NCBI GenBank assembly: GCA_010093745.1
Contig: MU006004.1
Coordinates: forward strand, 62,001-125,617
From: Piedraia hortae CBS 480.64
Lineage: Eukaryota
Direction: 5' to 3'
Length of the DNA: 63,617 nt
The notes beneath the pieces are model-generated. The model made no database searches, was not told the DNA's origin, and saw only the letters and a list, made by a program, of their open reading frames with translations. Shown here one piece after another: positions 23,885-36,679 of this stretch (positions within the stretch are counted from its first letter, which is position 1; every line of letters starts with the position of its first letter). The translations under genes were made by a program, and so were the position numbers.

Positions 23885-24699
23885 GTGGATGGTGTGTGTG
23901 ATGAATTCGTGTGTGGTTTCGAAACGAATGGATAGGTTGTTGGTGATGTGTTGTTTGGAGGAGAATTTTCGAAGGGGTGGTTCGGAGTTTGGAAGGGAAT
24001 TGTCCCGTGGCGACACCTTTCGATCCGATAATGGAGGGAGTCGCTCCAATGCGTTGTCTGTTTCGAACTATTGTTGACATCAACGTGTTGTCCCGGGAAC
24101 ATCACATTCCTTCCGAACAATGCCTTAGTGAAACACGTCTATTGTTGGTTGTCTCAGCTAGGAACATTGGTTTTGCGCAACAGTAAGAAGAGGTCTGAGA
24201 TTTGAAGATGGCAATGGGCGCGTTCTCGCGGTTGACTCGAGACTTTCGTAGTCTGAGCGGATTGCAGGGAGCATTTACGCGGCTTGGCGGACCACACCAC
24301 CCTGCCGCTAGTCAACCCCGCTATTCATCTGTACCTGGAACTTCCATAACCAGATGAGCACTCAAGAAGATACTTTCATAGCTGCTTCGGAAGACAATGC
24401 ACTTGTAGCGAGGATACCGACGTCGCCACCGTTGCGGTATTGACACCACACTGCTTGGAAAAGTCACGTGAGCCATGACCACGCTGGCTATGAATCAACT
24501 TCAACCATGCGCAGTTTCATTCCTTCATGAGAAAGCCTTTGCCAGTCGCCAAGAATACTTGACCAAAGATTTCTCGCCCACCGCTGCCAGACGTCAATGA
24601 CGTCCCTTGAATCTAACTGGTCCGTGCTTTGATGAGGTGGCTTTATCACACTCTGCGCTCATCAAAGCAGCTGTGATCAGAACACAGACAAAGCTCTTG

Positions 24700-25950
24700 C
24701 ATGATGAACTGTAGAAGCTCCAGTTGTCGTGAATGCTGTTGATAGTTGCGTCACAAAGCCATTTCTTCCTCTGTTGATGTTACACGGATGTTGTGGGAAG
24801 CCGTATCGAGCAAACCTTGGCCAAACGTTACTCATTTGCTTGGCAGAAGGCTTATCCCGCAGACTCAAATATGGACTCATGTCCGAAAGCTTCGTTTGAT
24901 GTCCCAGGTGCTGGTTATGAATCTAAGCATGTCCGAAAAGCGATGAGCGATCTTAAGTTTGAAGCGAATATTATGTTGCCTCCCAATATTGTTTTCAAAT
25001 CAACTTAGGATGAATCCTGTAGCTGACTAGCTATACTTTGCGAAAGGGAACAATTGAATCCGTGACACGTTTCCAATGCTCGGAGCATTGGATACTGATC
25101 TGAAGGGTAACTCGACATGACAGTTCCAAGGAACATGTACGAACATATGTAGTGTCCTTGTTAGGCAGACAACTAAGTGTGTCATTATTGAGCAGAAAGC
25201 CAGTTGCACACCATCCAATGCAAGATGTGTGCTGATAAAGCCCTCCGTATGACTCAAATCCAGGGACAAAGAGGCCTGCCAGGGTCGGACAACGCATTGA
25301 AATTTCTCATTGGACGGCGTCTGCAGCAGCGATAATTTCCTGGAGATATTTGATACGCGCGTTATACCAAAAACTTAGAAGTCGCGATCTAAGCCACTCT
25401 CGTTCTGCTAAGCAGCCCTCATTTGGTACACTCCAGATAGCTTTGAGGTTCAACTGGCAGCTAGCCTCACTCTGACGTCGAGACATATCATGAGAGCCCT
25501 CGGCTGCTAAGATCAGATCCCGTCTTAGCTTAAACCGGGCAGTTTGCTGGTTGGAACAGGCAATGGCCAGAATCAAACCTGAAAGACCAAGCTGGTTATA
25601 TAATAAACCCATGTCGGCATCTGAACTCAGACCACAAAGCTCACCTCGACGGACGTTCTCCTCATGATCATAAGATTGACCTGCAGCTCCCCTAAACTTG
25701 AAGGTGAGGAAATTCTTCCATCCGATTGCATACCCTTCAAGCCGAGCGGAGACTTCATCCAGCAAAATTGGATCCTGAGACAACACCTTCTCAATTTGTC
25801 CACAAATCTATTGCAAGTCACATTTGACTTGTCAACGAGGCACACACAGCTCCTGGAGGCGAGAAATCACTCCAATCAAAGCCTCTCCTGCGGACACAAA
25901 CTCATAGTCCAAATACCTTTGCATGCTTGTTCAGTAACTCACGAACCTCG
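24700..25950 (+). pseudogene. Possible heavily decayed F-box/LRR-like gene
   Basis: Fragments 'DVTRMLWEAVS...HVRKLRL', 'FPMLGALDTDL' and 'CSSPKLE' resemble the remnants at 44.5-47.8 kb; many stops. Confidence 0.3.
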
Positions 25951-27016
25951 AATTGGACATGTGTGCGAGATCATTAGCGTGTAAATCTTAATATTAGCCG
26001 GGAGCGAGTTTCAATGGATTTTAGGTGAACGGCAACCTCACCTATGGAGCCGGACATTCTGGAAAGATGAGAATATGTCCACGCACCTCGATCTCGATCT
26101 CGAGTTTTGTTCAAGTCTTGTGCTATTGACTCTGAACAGTCCAGAGAAAATTTGACCTGCAGTAGCCTTAGGTCGAGGAATAGCACCTTGCAGAGTTGAC
26201 ATGGCCAGCAAATATTAGAGGTTGGCCGGGTTCTAGAGGTTATTGAAAAGCTTCATCCACATCCCATGCAGTTTTGCACGATAGATATGGCCACCAAAAC
26301 CTGCGCCTAGGGTTTTTGTTCTGTTTTTGTAGATTTCCCGTTGCCTCGTGGGGGCGTGGGCCTATTGAGTCTCCCTTGATAACCATGTCTTAATGGCCCC
26401 TCCCGGGAGTATCGCCCATCATCCTGCTGCATGCCTCCACTCCCGTCTAAGCCAAATCCATGATAAAAGGCCATACACCGCATGGCATTCTCAACGATCA
26501 GTACGAGAAAATTCTCAATGAAACGGTTTACAAAGCCACTTAATATATGGATGGAGCTCTTCCCCGCTCTGAGTGAGGTTGTGGGATAAGACTAGACCGA
26601 CATTGTGGACGGTGTATTCACTGTTACCACAAGGCAGTTTTAGCCTTGGAAAGATCTTCTCCGCCTGGATGGCGAGGGTGAGGTGCGCGGGGTTTCCGGC
26701 GGCCGTAACGTTCACTTATTCCATCCATATGCCGTGGCGTAGATGGGTTCACATCATAGCCGGCACCACAGACAAGTAGATCTCCATGCCAATACTCGAT
26801 TGGTCGTCCTTGGATGATATGACATTGAATTGCTCATCTGAAGTCAGAAGCCCCGCCGTCTTCCTCTGGAAGGGAGCAGCGCAAATTTTCAATCGAAAAC
26901 CACTGATATCAAAGCATGAGAGGGATTACAATTTCAAAAGCACATCTAAATACTTCAACAAAGTAGGCTTACAGCACACCATCTATGTTACAATCTATCA
27001 TACACCTCCCTCTATG

Positions 27017-28154
27017 CTACACACCCCCCCACCCCCAACGCATCCTCATCCCCAAGCCCAGCGACCTCCTACCAAAAACCTGCACCTCCCTACCCCCACC
27101 CACCCAAAAACACCTCCTCCCAAACAACCAAACCCCAACCCCAACCCCAAGAGCAACTAACTTCCAATCCAAAGGTCTTTTCAGCCTCCCCTCCCTCGTA
27201 ACAACCACAACTCTCTGTTTCGGGAACAAAGCCTCCCACGCAGCCCTAGTTAGGCACCCAAAGATCCCAAGCGGCGGGGTATGCACCCCCTCCCCCCACG
27301 GTAGTGTTTCTCCATCCCTCATTTCTCCATCCATTCTCTGTACGAACCCCTCCACTCTCTTGAACTTCTCAGCAATCAAATCCCTTAACCAACAATCCCC
27401 CACCTCAACCCTCATAAGACTCAGATATCCGTACGCAAGACAGTCCACTTCCATCGGGGTGTCCCCAACAAGATAATCTCCTTTACGAAGAATCTCCTCC
27501 AACGGTTCCAAAAACCCCTCCGCGAGAGCATGGAGTTTAAAAACCTCTTTGCGGAGCATCCCTACCCTCTTCGCTGGGAAAAGAAGACTAGCGCGGGATT
27601 TAGTTTCTTTTTCAAAGGCCTCTTCTCTGTCTCGGCCCTCTAGGATGGGTGTTTTGGTGACAGGTTCGTCGGGATCGATGCCAAGATGTTGGGTTCGTGT
27701 TTTCGCGAGGGCGCGGCGCTGGGGGGGTATGATGTAGTTTGCATACCATGGGAGGATTTTGGTATATGCCGTTCGGGTGAGAGAGTAGTTTTCCAAGGGA
27801 GTGTATAGGTATAGGTCGATGAGAGGGGGGGCGTGGGAGGTGATGAAGCTTCTGAGGGAGGCGGTTGTGGTGCGGGTTTGGGGGTCGAGTGGGTTGAAAG
27901 AGAGGTGGCGCGTGATGGAGGCGAGACCCGTGTACGTTTGGTTGTTGTCTCTGTGTTTGTTAGTGGGAGTTTGGGACGGATTTGGGGGGGGGGGGAACGG
28001 ACTCGAGACGGGGGAGGGGTTCGACGTCTTCGTGCGCGGGGATTAGATGCCAGGGTTTGTTGTGGGGAAGGAGGTGGAGGAGAGCGACGGCTGCGTTACA
28101 TTCTGCGTCAATGGATGGAAGGCCGAACGCTGGACCGAGGATGTAGAGGTTCAT
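27017..28154 (-). CDS. SAM37: Metaxin/Sam37 (Tom37) mitochondrial outer-membrane protein; intron 27951-28002
   Basis: 'LYILGPAFGLPSIDAECNAAVAL', 'ENYSLTRTAYTKILPW', GST-C-like 'DCLAYGYLSLM' and a C-terminal TM segment. Confidence 0.85.
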
Positions 28155-28371
28155 GGGTTTAATTCCTGGCGTTGCGCCAAAAAAGTTCGGTCGCGTGAGG
28201 TTGCGAAGGGTGCGGGCCAGGGCCGGATGGTGAGGTTCGGGCCGGAGCGCGGTCAGACCGGATTAGGGTTGGTGTGCTGCAATGAACTGCAAAGAGGAAA
28301 GGAAGAGATGAATGCATTCTCGAACATTATAGTTTGATTACATACATTCTGATTCTACAAAAGGCTGGAAA

Positions 28372-30645
28372 TCAGCGGCGACTCCTTTTTGGAGACGGTG
28401 AGCGTGAGCCAGGCGACCCATACCTCCCCGACTCGGAGCTCAGTGATCTTCTCCGTCTTCGTCGGGGCAAAGGACTGCGTGTTCTGATCCTTCGCGGAGG
28501 GCCTCGGCTTCTATCCCTTCGAGGGGGACTGTGGCTTCTGTCTCTTCGCACTGGGCTGCAACTTTGGTCCCTCCGAAGGGTGCTACGGGCTTTGTTCCTT
28601 CGTGGAGGACTGCGACTTCTATCTCTCCGCAATGGACTGCGACTCCGCTTCCTCCGCGGCGGACTTGGACTTTTATCCCAATGTGGTGGACTGCGGCTTT
28701 CATCCCTCCACGGAGAACTGCGGCTTCTGTCCCTGCGGGAGGGGCTGCGGCTTCTCCTCCTCCGCGGAGGACTGCGCGATCCTTGACGCCGCCGGGGGCT
28801 AAGAGAGCGGGAAGGTGATCTGGAGTAGCTGCTGTAGCTGTCGTAGCTGTCGTAGCTGCTGCTTGGTGTTGGGCTGCGCTCGGGTAAAGCGGCGGGTGCA
28901 AGCGTCGGCCTATTCTGAAGCCACTCGCGCATACCCTCAGTCAACACTCCCATCTTGATGGAAGTGAAGAAGTTGATGCTGAATCTGGTGTTCTTGGGGA
29001 TATCAGTTGGGAAGATACCAGCCAGGGCCGGCTGCAATTCCTCGCTCTTCAGCTTTTCAGCCAAAGCCTTTATGCCCATTCCTGATGCGAGCTCCTCTAC
29101 CAATATTTTGATGAATATTCGAGAAGATGAGGTAGTCTCTTCTTCGTTCAGTTTGATTGCGCTCAAGACCTCCCATCTGATACATTGGCATGATAGGAGG
29201 TAGCCAAAGAACTGGGCAATGATCCGCAATCTGTTGGTCTCGTAACGATGGATCGTCTCGTAGTACTGAGCAAACATCTTCTCAAACAGCTCCTGCCACA
29301 GTCGATTCAATCTGCAGAAGCGTTCTCCAATCAGCCCGTAAAATTTGTTGTAGGTTCTTTCTTGGCTACTGCAGTCGATGATCATCTTTGGCAATTCTTC
29401 CTCCTGCCCAATCGGGAGTTTGATGCGCATGAGCTTGTGACACGCCTCTTCAAACCCGCCCGACGACATGATCGTAAGGTATATCGAGCGGCGTAAGTTG
29501 ACCAAGTCCGCATTCGATTGGTCTTTGATGGCCATTGCCTTTTCTTCTTCGTCTTCGTCCTCGCTGCTTTCGTCTTCGGCGCCACCTTCGCTCTCCCCTT
29601 CGTCCTCCGACCCTTCACCCAAGATCTCTGCTTTCAACTTCTGGTACGCCTCCTCATTAGCCTCGTAATCAGGATCGAACTTGAAGTAGTTGAGGCCATC
29701 TTCAGTGTCCAGCGTTTTGTCAGAGAGATCGATGTGATGAGTTATCTGATCCTCCTCCTCTATGAGATCTAATTCTTCCTTGATAGCAGGGTTGTTCTTG
29801 TACCTTTCCCGCCTTATTTGGAAGAGCACCTCGATCATGGTCTGCACACGCTGATTGATGTCTGCTTCGTGCAACGTGTTGCGAAACTGGTCGTAGACGG
29901 TCATGGCAATCTTCGAGTTCATTGCCTCCATGTGTTGACCTACTTCCTTCATGAGGTTCACAGCAATCTCAACGCTGTCATTGGAAGGATTGTGAAGTAG
30001 CAGAACCAGCATTTGAGCTGCCAGCATCTCATGGATTACCTGCTGGTTGATGAGATGCGCGATGAACGTCGTGCTACTGTTACAGACGGCCTTGTCATTT
30101 CTACGAAAAGCCTTTTGAAACTGAATTACAAGGCGGTTAGCAAGAAGGATGCCGACTTGCGGCAATTTGGTATTCACTACCGCCGCCAGGGCCGCATATG
30201 TTGGCGTAAATTCCAAAAACGCAGCCTGAGCCTTCATGATGCTTCGACAAAACAGAGCACGGCCGCGGATCAGATTCTCGCTGAACAGCTCAGGAACGAT
30301 GTGCTTGATGTTGGCCACGCTGACTTTATTGACGAGACCGTTGATGCTCTTCTTCAGAGCCTCCCATGCCATGCGCTGGTACTCCTTGCTAGTCTTGTCT
30401 GTAATTTGCGCTTGCAAGGCTTTGAGACGTGCTGGAGGAATATATGTACCACCCGATCGCTTCAGCAGCAGCTTGTCGTACTCTGCCTTGGCCAATGCCT
30501 GTTTGTCCGCCTCTGAGAGCTTCTTAACCTCGCGCGAATCATTGTCATGTCGTTCCTTTTGTTGGCGAATCCGCTCTGCCGCGCGATCCCGATCCACGTC
30601 ACGTATTCCTGCGACAGGCGATGACACCCGAACAACAGACTTCAT
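28372..30645 (-). CDS. CWC22: Pre-mRNA splicing factor Cwc22
   Basis: 'GGTYIPPARL', 'YQRMAWEALKKSINGLVNKV' (MIF4G), MA3 domain 'IYLTIMSS..FEEACHKL' and an RS-rich tail. Confidence 0.97.
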   Translation of the reverse strand: MKSVVRVSSPVAGIRDVDRDRAAERIRQQKERHDNDSREVKKLSEADKQALAKAEYDKLLLKRSGGTYIPPARLKALQAQITDKTSKEYQRMAWEALKKSINGLVNKVSVANIKHIVPELFSENLIRGRALFCRSIMKAQAAFLEFTPTYAALAAVVNTKLPQVGILLANRLVIQFQKAFRRNDKAVCNSSTTFIAHLINQQVIHEMLAAQMLVLLLHNPSNDSVEIAVNLMKEVGQHMEAMNSKIAMTVYDQFRNTLHEADINQRVQTMIEVLFQIRRERYKNNPAIKEELDLIEEEDQITHHIDLSDKTLDTEDGLNYFKFDPDYEANEEAYQKLKAEILGEGSEDEGESEGGAEDESSEDEDEEEKAMAIKDQSNADLVNLRRSIYLTIMSSGGFEEACHKLMRIKLPIGQEEELPKMIIDCSSQERTYNKFYGLIGERFCRLNRLWQELFEKMFAQYYETIHRYETNRLRIIAQFFGYLLSCQCIRWEVLSAIKLNEEETTSSSRIFIKILVEELASGMGIKALAEKLKSEELQPALAGIFPTDIPKNTRFSINFFTSIKMGVLTEGMREWLQNRPTLAPAALPERSPTPSSSYDSYDSYSSYSRSPSRSLSPRRRQGSRSPPRRRRSRSPSRRDRSRSSPWRDESRSPPHWDKSPSPPRRKRSRSPLRRDRSRSPPRRNKARSTLRRDQSCSPVRRDRSHSPPRRDRSRGPPRRIRTRSPLPRRRRRRSLSSESGRYGSPGSRSPSPKRSRR

Positions 30646-30835
30646 AGCTGTTGTATGGATGGCGCCGTTGGGAGGAGGTGAGGTTAAGATAGATTTGCAC
30701 TAGTGACGGGCGCTAGCCCCGTTTGGGCAATGGCGTTGTCACGGGCTGGGCGGGCCGACTGCACCCTTGAACCCGCAACGTTCCGACTGCCGAGCCACAC
30801 CAACTACAACCACAAGCAAATAAACCGCCGCGAAG

Positions 30836-33800
30836 ATGCCATCCAAAATTTACACCAAACTGCTCGCAAGGGAGCTTGATTCCTCGCCTAGTCAATCGTT
30901 TGGCCAGATTCAACGCAGCCTCTACTCAGATCCCACGTTTATCAAGGACCTTGATATCGTCAACAAGCTGGGCGGGCATACGGGCTGTGTAAATGCCCTT
31001 TCATGGTCTCGCTCAGGACAGTTGCTTGCCTCAGGGTCCGACGACTTTCACCTCAATATCTATCGATACCAGCCAGACGATAGCGACGGCAAGCAGTTCA
31101 AACTAGCCACGACGGTCCATACAGGCCACCGGGCAAACATATTCAGCGTTAAATTTATGCCCGGCCATAATGATACCGTGTGCGTATCGGCAGCTGGCGA
31201 CGGCCAGGTCCGGATATTTGACCTTGAACACAGCGGTGGGCCACAGGAACCAACTCTATATTCTCGGGAAAGAGCACGGAGAACGCGATCGTCTACATCT
31301 TCCGATGTTCGATATGTGCATCACGCAAATAGCGACTGCAAAGTCTACCGCAGTCACTCATCGCGAGTCAAACGCATCGTGACCGAAACATCCCCCTATC
31401 TGTTCCTAACATGCTCCGAGGACGGCGAAGTTCGTCAGTGGGACTTGCGCGAGCCTTCTGCGTCATATCCAAGGTCTCACAATCCTCCGCCGCCTCTAAT
31501 TTCCTATTCAAGTTACAATATTGGTTTAAACACCATCTCATGCTCAGCCTCGCAGCCACACTACATTGCACTAGGCGGTGGTCACCTCCATTGTTTTTTG
31601 CACGACCGGCGTATGATGGGACGCGACCGACTGGCAGAGGCTGGTGGTGCCTTCTCTCACTCAGCCAGCTCTTCGAGTTTCTCAGAGGCTCGATTGTCTC
31701 AGGCCACCCGTTGTGTGAGGCGATTCGCGCCCAAAGGTCAACGAGTCATGAAACGAACGGATGATGGCCATATCACTGCATGCAAGATTAGTGATGCTCG
31801 TCCTAATGAGATAATCGTCAGCTGGAGTGGAGACAAAATCTATAGTTTTGACTTGATCCGTAGCCCTGATGCCAGTGACAAGCAAAGGGCTAAAACTCGG
31901 CGCCAATCCTGTGCCGAGTTTGGCCAGGATCGTAAGAGAAGAAAGACCCAAGGCTACAACTCGGCAACAAGAAACAGCAACAACGATGTAACGGCTGTGC
32001 GCATTCGTTACGGAAATGGACAGAGCGAAGACATTACCATTGCAGACGCAGAAGCTGCATTGGAAGCTGAAGCTGATGACGGTCCTACACTTCCTTTTTT
32101 GCAGCATAAGATCCATGGATTGCGTAGAGGCTTCTCGAAGCTCCAGTTAGCCTTCTGCAGTAATGCTGCTTTAGCGTCTCCAGATAGCTACGCCGAAATG
32201 CTAGCGGTAGTTGCTCAATTACTACCAGATGTCGACCAAATGATCAGCAGCTGGAGTTATCCCATGTCGCCCACCAGTGACCATGTAGCAACACAAACCG
32301 AGCGAAGACGGGTGCGGGAAAGTGCAAGACGCGCTCTGCATGCATCGGGAACTCTGGCCCGCATGCTTGGTGGTGATGAAGTAATTTCATCCATCCCAGA
32401 GTCGATGCTCTCGAGTTTTACCGGAGTGCCACTGAGAGACTCTGATCTTTTGCCATCTTCGGAAGAGCTCTTCACTTATAGTTTCTTCAAAGCGATCCAT
32501 TTGTGGTTAGAATCCGGTATTGGCCGTTTGATCGAAGGCTTTGTACGACCTGCAACAATGCACGTAGGCAGCGTTGCAGCACAGCTTCCTATTCCAGAGA
32601 GTGAGGCCTCGTCAGAAGCGATTGATGAATACTTGATACCCTTCCTCCTCGAGCATGCATCAGAACGGCCTATCAAGTACGTTGCAAGTCGTCAGTCCGA
32701 GCCCATGCACGCCCCAACAGTTTTCGCATCGGGGAGAGATGCTGTCTTGGCCTTTGCCCAGGCGGTTAAAACTCCGTTTGCGGATCTGTCAAGTTCAGGA
32801 ACAGATTCAATAGCGCTCGACCGGCAAACAGCCAAGGACTTCTGGGGTGGCAAAGTCGCCACTGGTCTGTTGTTCGACAGGCTGATTGATCATGATGTTC
32901 AGGAAGTTGCTCGATCTTTTGGGGGAGCTAAACTCAACAAAGTTAACCAGTTCTGGGAAGACATGAATACAAGCGGAGAGGATGTGGATCACTTTTGGAA
33001 TATACTTGGCGAACGTGATGGAGAAGACGAAGGCGGAAACGGCGCTCTCACATCAGATTACGACGAATATGATGAGGATGATGTAGAAGACGAAGAAGAC
33101 GACGATGACGATGACGAAGAAGAAGAAGAAGAAGAAGAAGAAGAAGAAGAAGAAGAAAAAGAAGAAGAAGAAGAAGAAGAAGAAGAAGAAGAAGAAGAAG
33201 AAGAAGAAGAAGAAGAAGAAGAAGAAGAAGAAGAAGAAGAAAGTGATGAAGAAGACGAAATGGAAAGCGAGCAAATAGATGGCCTTCCGTTTTTTCTTCC
33301 CCCAGGGTACACTCGTTTAGCTAGACGGTGGCGGTACCCCAAGCACAAGGCCGAACTCGGCGTCCCATGCGTGGCCCATGAACGTGCTTATGGTGGCCAT
33401 AGCAACAATGAGACGGTCAAAGACGTCAACTACTTTGGCCTGGAAGATGAGTACATTGTAAGCGGAAGCGATGATGGAAATGTCTTTATCTGGGACCGAA
33501 AGACCACAAAGCTGGTCAATATCTTGCATGGCGACGACGACGTGGCCAATGTAGTACAAGGCCACCCCGTGGAGCCTATGTTAGCCGTCAGCGGTATCGA
33601 GGACACCATCAAAATCTTCAGCCCCGACGCTCGTGCGCGGAGGGCTGCCCGTATGGGTCTAGGCATAGATGCTGCCGCTTCCAACAGAACATTCCAGCCG
33701 CGTTTATCCCGATCACGCCAAACTCGCAACAGCAACCCGCCTGTTAATAATGCAACCGATGATTTCAGTGACGACGAAGCATTTGTCACGCCACAGGGGC

Positions 33801-34024
33801 TCCGGTCGATGCGACGAATGCACGACAAGGAAAACATCCTGGCGGATAACGAAATGGCAAACAAGCGGGTGTATAGTGATGAAGACCTGCATCCAATGGT
33901 GAGCTGCCCCCATCAGTAGCCAATCCAAGGACGCTAACAGGTTTTGGAGAGCGGCCCCAATATGCACATAATACAAATGCTCTTGGACACTTTGCACCCT
34001 ACCCAAGCGGCATTTGGTATGTGA
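30836..34024 (+). CDS. WD40 repeat protein, DCAF6/DCAF8 (Iqw1)-like CUL4-DDB1 substrate receptor; probable intron 33899-33940
   Basis: 'GHTGCVNALSWS..GQLLASGSDD', 'TGHRANIFSVKFMP', 'YGGHSNNETVKDVNYFG' and 'LAVSGIEDTIKIFSP'. Confidence 0.9.
33116..33241 (+). repeat. (GAA)n microsatellite, 42 codons with one AAA interruption, encoding poly-Glu
   Basis: Directly visible in the sequence. Confidence 0.98.
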
Positions 34025-34770
34025 GGACTGTTGGGATAGATGGTACTAGGGGAACGTTTTCAATAGGATAGTGCTAGGGGAACGCCTTCAACACTTTGGT
34101 GTTACCTCTGGAAGCTATCAATAAACTCCCTAAACTCCGATTCGATATCACATCTATTTGGACTTGGCCAATGCAGCTTTGCGCATCTGTTTTCTATTGC
34201 TCCTGATCATCACGGATGCCAGAAAAGTTCCCACCACAGTGCCTCCCAGTAGTAGCAAAATCACCGGAATCCGTATAGCCCAAACACGCGGCGGAAAGAG
34301 TGCTTGCAGCGGATGCGAGTCGTTGACAAAGGGCTAAACGTGATGTCAGACGCATGAAGCAAAACTAGAAACTAAATGTACCAGGAGAAGTGTCCAGACT
34401 GTGTAGTAGAAGAAAACAGCCGAAGCAACGACCAACATTGAGGCTCCGACGATACTGTCCACCTAGCCAGCATCAGCTTTGATATCCCGTTGAATTTATG
34501 TAGCTTACAAAGGTGTTGGCAGCCATTGCAAGGAGGTTGTCTTCTTCCAGCTGTAGAATGAGTTGGCTGACAGCCTAGGGTTAGGACTGTCACCGGGATT
34601 ATTTTGTAATTAAACCGTCCCGCGAACTTAATTTCATCCCGCCGACATCGGACTCAGATCGGCATCACAGTCGCCGACATCGGCGATCAAATCAGCATTA
34701 CATCCAGAGCATGTATTGTTGCAAAGGACTTGTGTAGTTATTTCACTTCTGGGTTGTCAGACTGAAGAAA

Positions 34771-36679
34771 ATGTCTGAGCAAATTGTGTCTGCAGAAGGT
34801 ACCGAGAAGGCGGAACGTCCGGAGCCAAGAACGTGGTCCAGCAGATCAAGCCTTAAAAGGGTTAGAACTAGATCACAATCACGGCCACGAAGTCCAACGT
34901 ATAACTTACACCGGCTCTATTCTAGAGGGTTTATTGATGATCATGGGAATTATGTGAATGATCATGATGAGCCATGGGGTCGAACAGGGGTGCATGATAT
35001 TGATGGCACTGATGCGGCGAATGAACCGCATACAGAAGCGGTGGAAGAGGTCGAGGATCCGATTGATCCAGATAGAGACTTGGAAAGAGGAGAACCGCTT
35101 AAAAAGCAAAAGTCTGCTACGGACAAGGAAAAAGATCCCAATATGGTTTCTTTTGGACCAAAGGATCCGGACAACCCCAAGGAATGGTTGTATTACATTA
35201 CGAATTCACTGCTTAATGCTAACGAAATACAGGGCTAATAGTCGAAAATGGGCAGCTGTCTTGGTTGTATCATCCTTCACCTTCATTTCACCCGTTTCGT
35301 CCTCCATGATAGCCCCTGCTCTGGAGTCTTTGAGTCAAGACCTTGGGGTCAAGCACGAATCTGTATCAGCCATGCTCTTATCCATCTTTCTTCTCGCGTA
35401 AGTCTGATCGCTTCAGGCCCAAGTAATCAACTGAATGGAAACCAGCTATGCCGTTGGACCGCTATTCCTTGGTCCGATGTCTGAAGTCTACGGCAGAGTT
35501 CCCGTATTGCAGCTTTCCAATCTCTTCTTCCTGGTATTTAACATTGCATGTGGCTTTGCCCATACGCAGAGTGAAATGCTCGCATTCCGGTTTCTTGCCG
35601 GCCTTGGAGGATCCGCGCCTCTAGCCATTGGCGGCGGCATCCTAGCAGATTGCTTCATACCCGAACAGCGCGGAAAAGCCATAGGAGTTTACTCCCTAGC
35701 ACCCCTTATTGGTCCTGCAATAGGTCCCATAGCAGGCGGCTTCATCGACCAACACGTCAGCTGGTTCGTCTCCACCATCCTCCCTCAACCCAACTAACCC
35801 ATCCCCAGGCGCTGGATCTTCTGGTCCGTCTCCATCGCGGACGTAGTCGTCCAACTATTCGGCCTCTTCTTCCTCCAAGAAACCTGGGCTCCCATCCTCC
35901 TCGAGCGCAAAGTCCGCCGCCTCCGCCTCTCGACGGGAAACCAAAACCTCTATTCCTCCCTCTCCCGCAACGAAACCATGCTCCACAAACTCCGCACGAG
36001 CCTGATCCGCCCAGTCCGCATGTTATTCACCCAACCCACAATTCAAGTCATGGCTCTTTACATGTCCTACCTCTACGGACTAATATACCTCGTAATCTCC
36101 AGCTTCCCTCGCCTCTTCCACTCAAAATTCTACTACAACCAAACAATCCAATCCAGTGGACTCCACTACATAGCAATCGCAATCGGCTACTTCATCGGCG
36201 CACAATTCACCTCTCGCTTCAACGACTGGTTATACCAGCACCTCAAAAAACGCAACTTCGGAGTCGGAAAACCCGAGTTCCGCATCCCGGCCACAATTCC
36301 ATGCGCAATCCTCCTCCCCGCGGGTCTATTCTGGTACGGCTGGTCCGCCGAAGCACGACTGCACTGGATCATGCCCGATATAGGCGCAGCGATGGTTTCA
36401 GCAGGCATGATTGCAGGGTACTACTCCATACAAAACTATGTGATTGATTGTTATACGAAATACGCGGCCAGTGCGGTCGCGGCGATTACGATGTTGAGGA
36501 GTATGGCCGGTTTTGGATTTCCGCTGTTTGCGGATTTGATGTATGAGAAGTTGGGGTATGGGTGGGGAAACTCGGTCCTGGGGTTTGTGGCGATTGCGAT
36601 TGGTGTGCCTGCACCGTGGTTGATGTGGAATTTTGGGGCGAAATTGAGGGCGAGGTCGGGGTATGCGCGAGATGGGTAG
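34771..36679 (+). CDS. MFS multidrug transporter, DHA1 family; introns 35187-35232, 35398-35445 and 35764-35808
   Basis: 'DPDNPKEW', 'GPMSEVYGR', 'RFLAGLGGSAPL', 'GPAIGPIAGGF', 'KPEFR' and 'YAASAVAA'. The three introns restore one continuous frame. Confidence 0.93.

Noticed and set aside
33053..33348. Poly-Phe and poly-Ser ORFs
   Set aside because: They are antisense readings of the GAA microsatellite.
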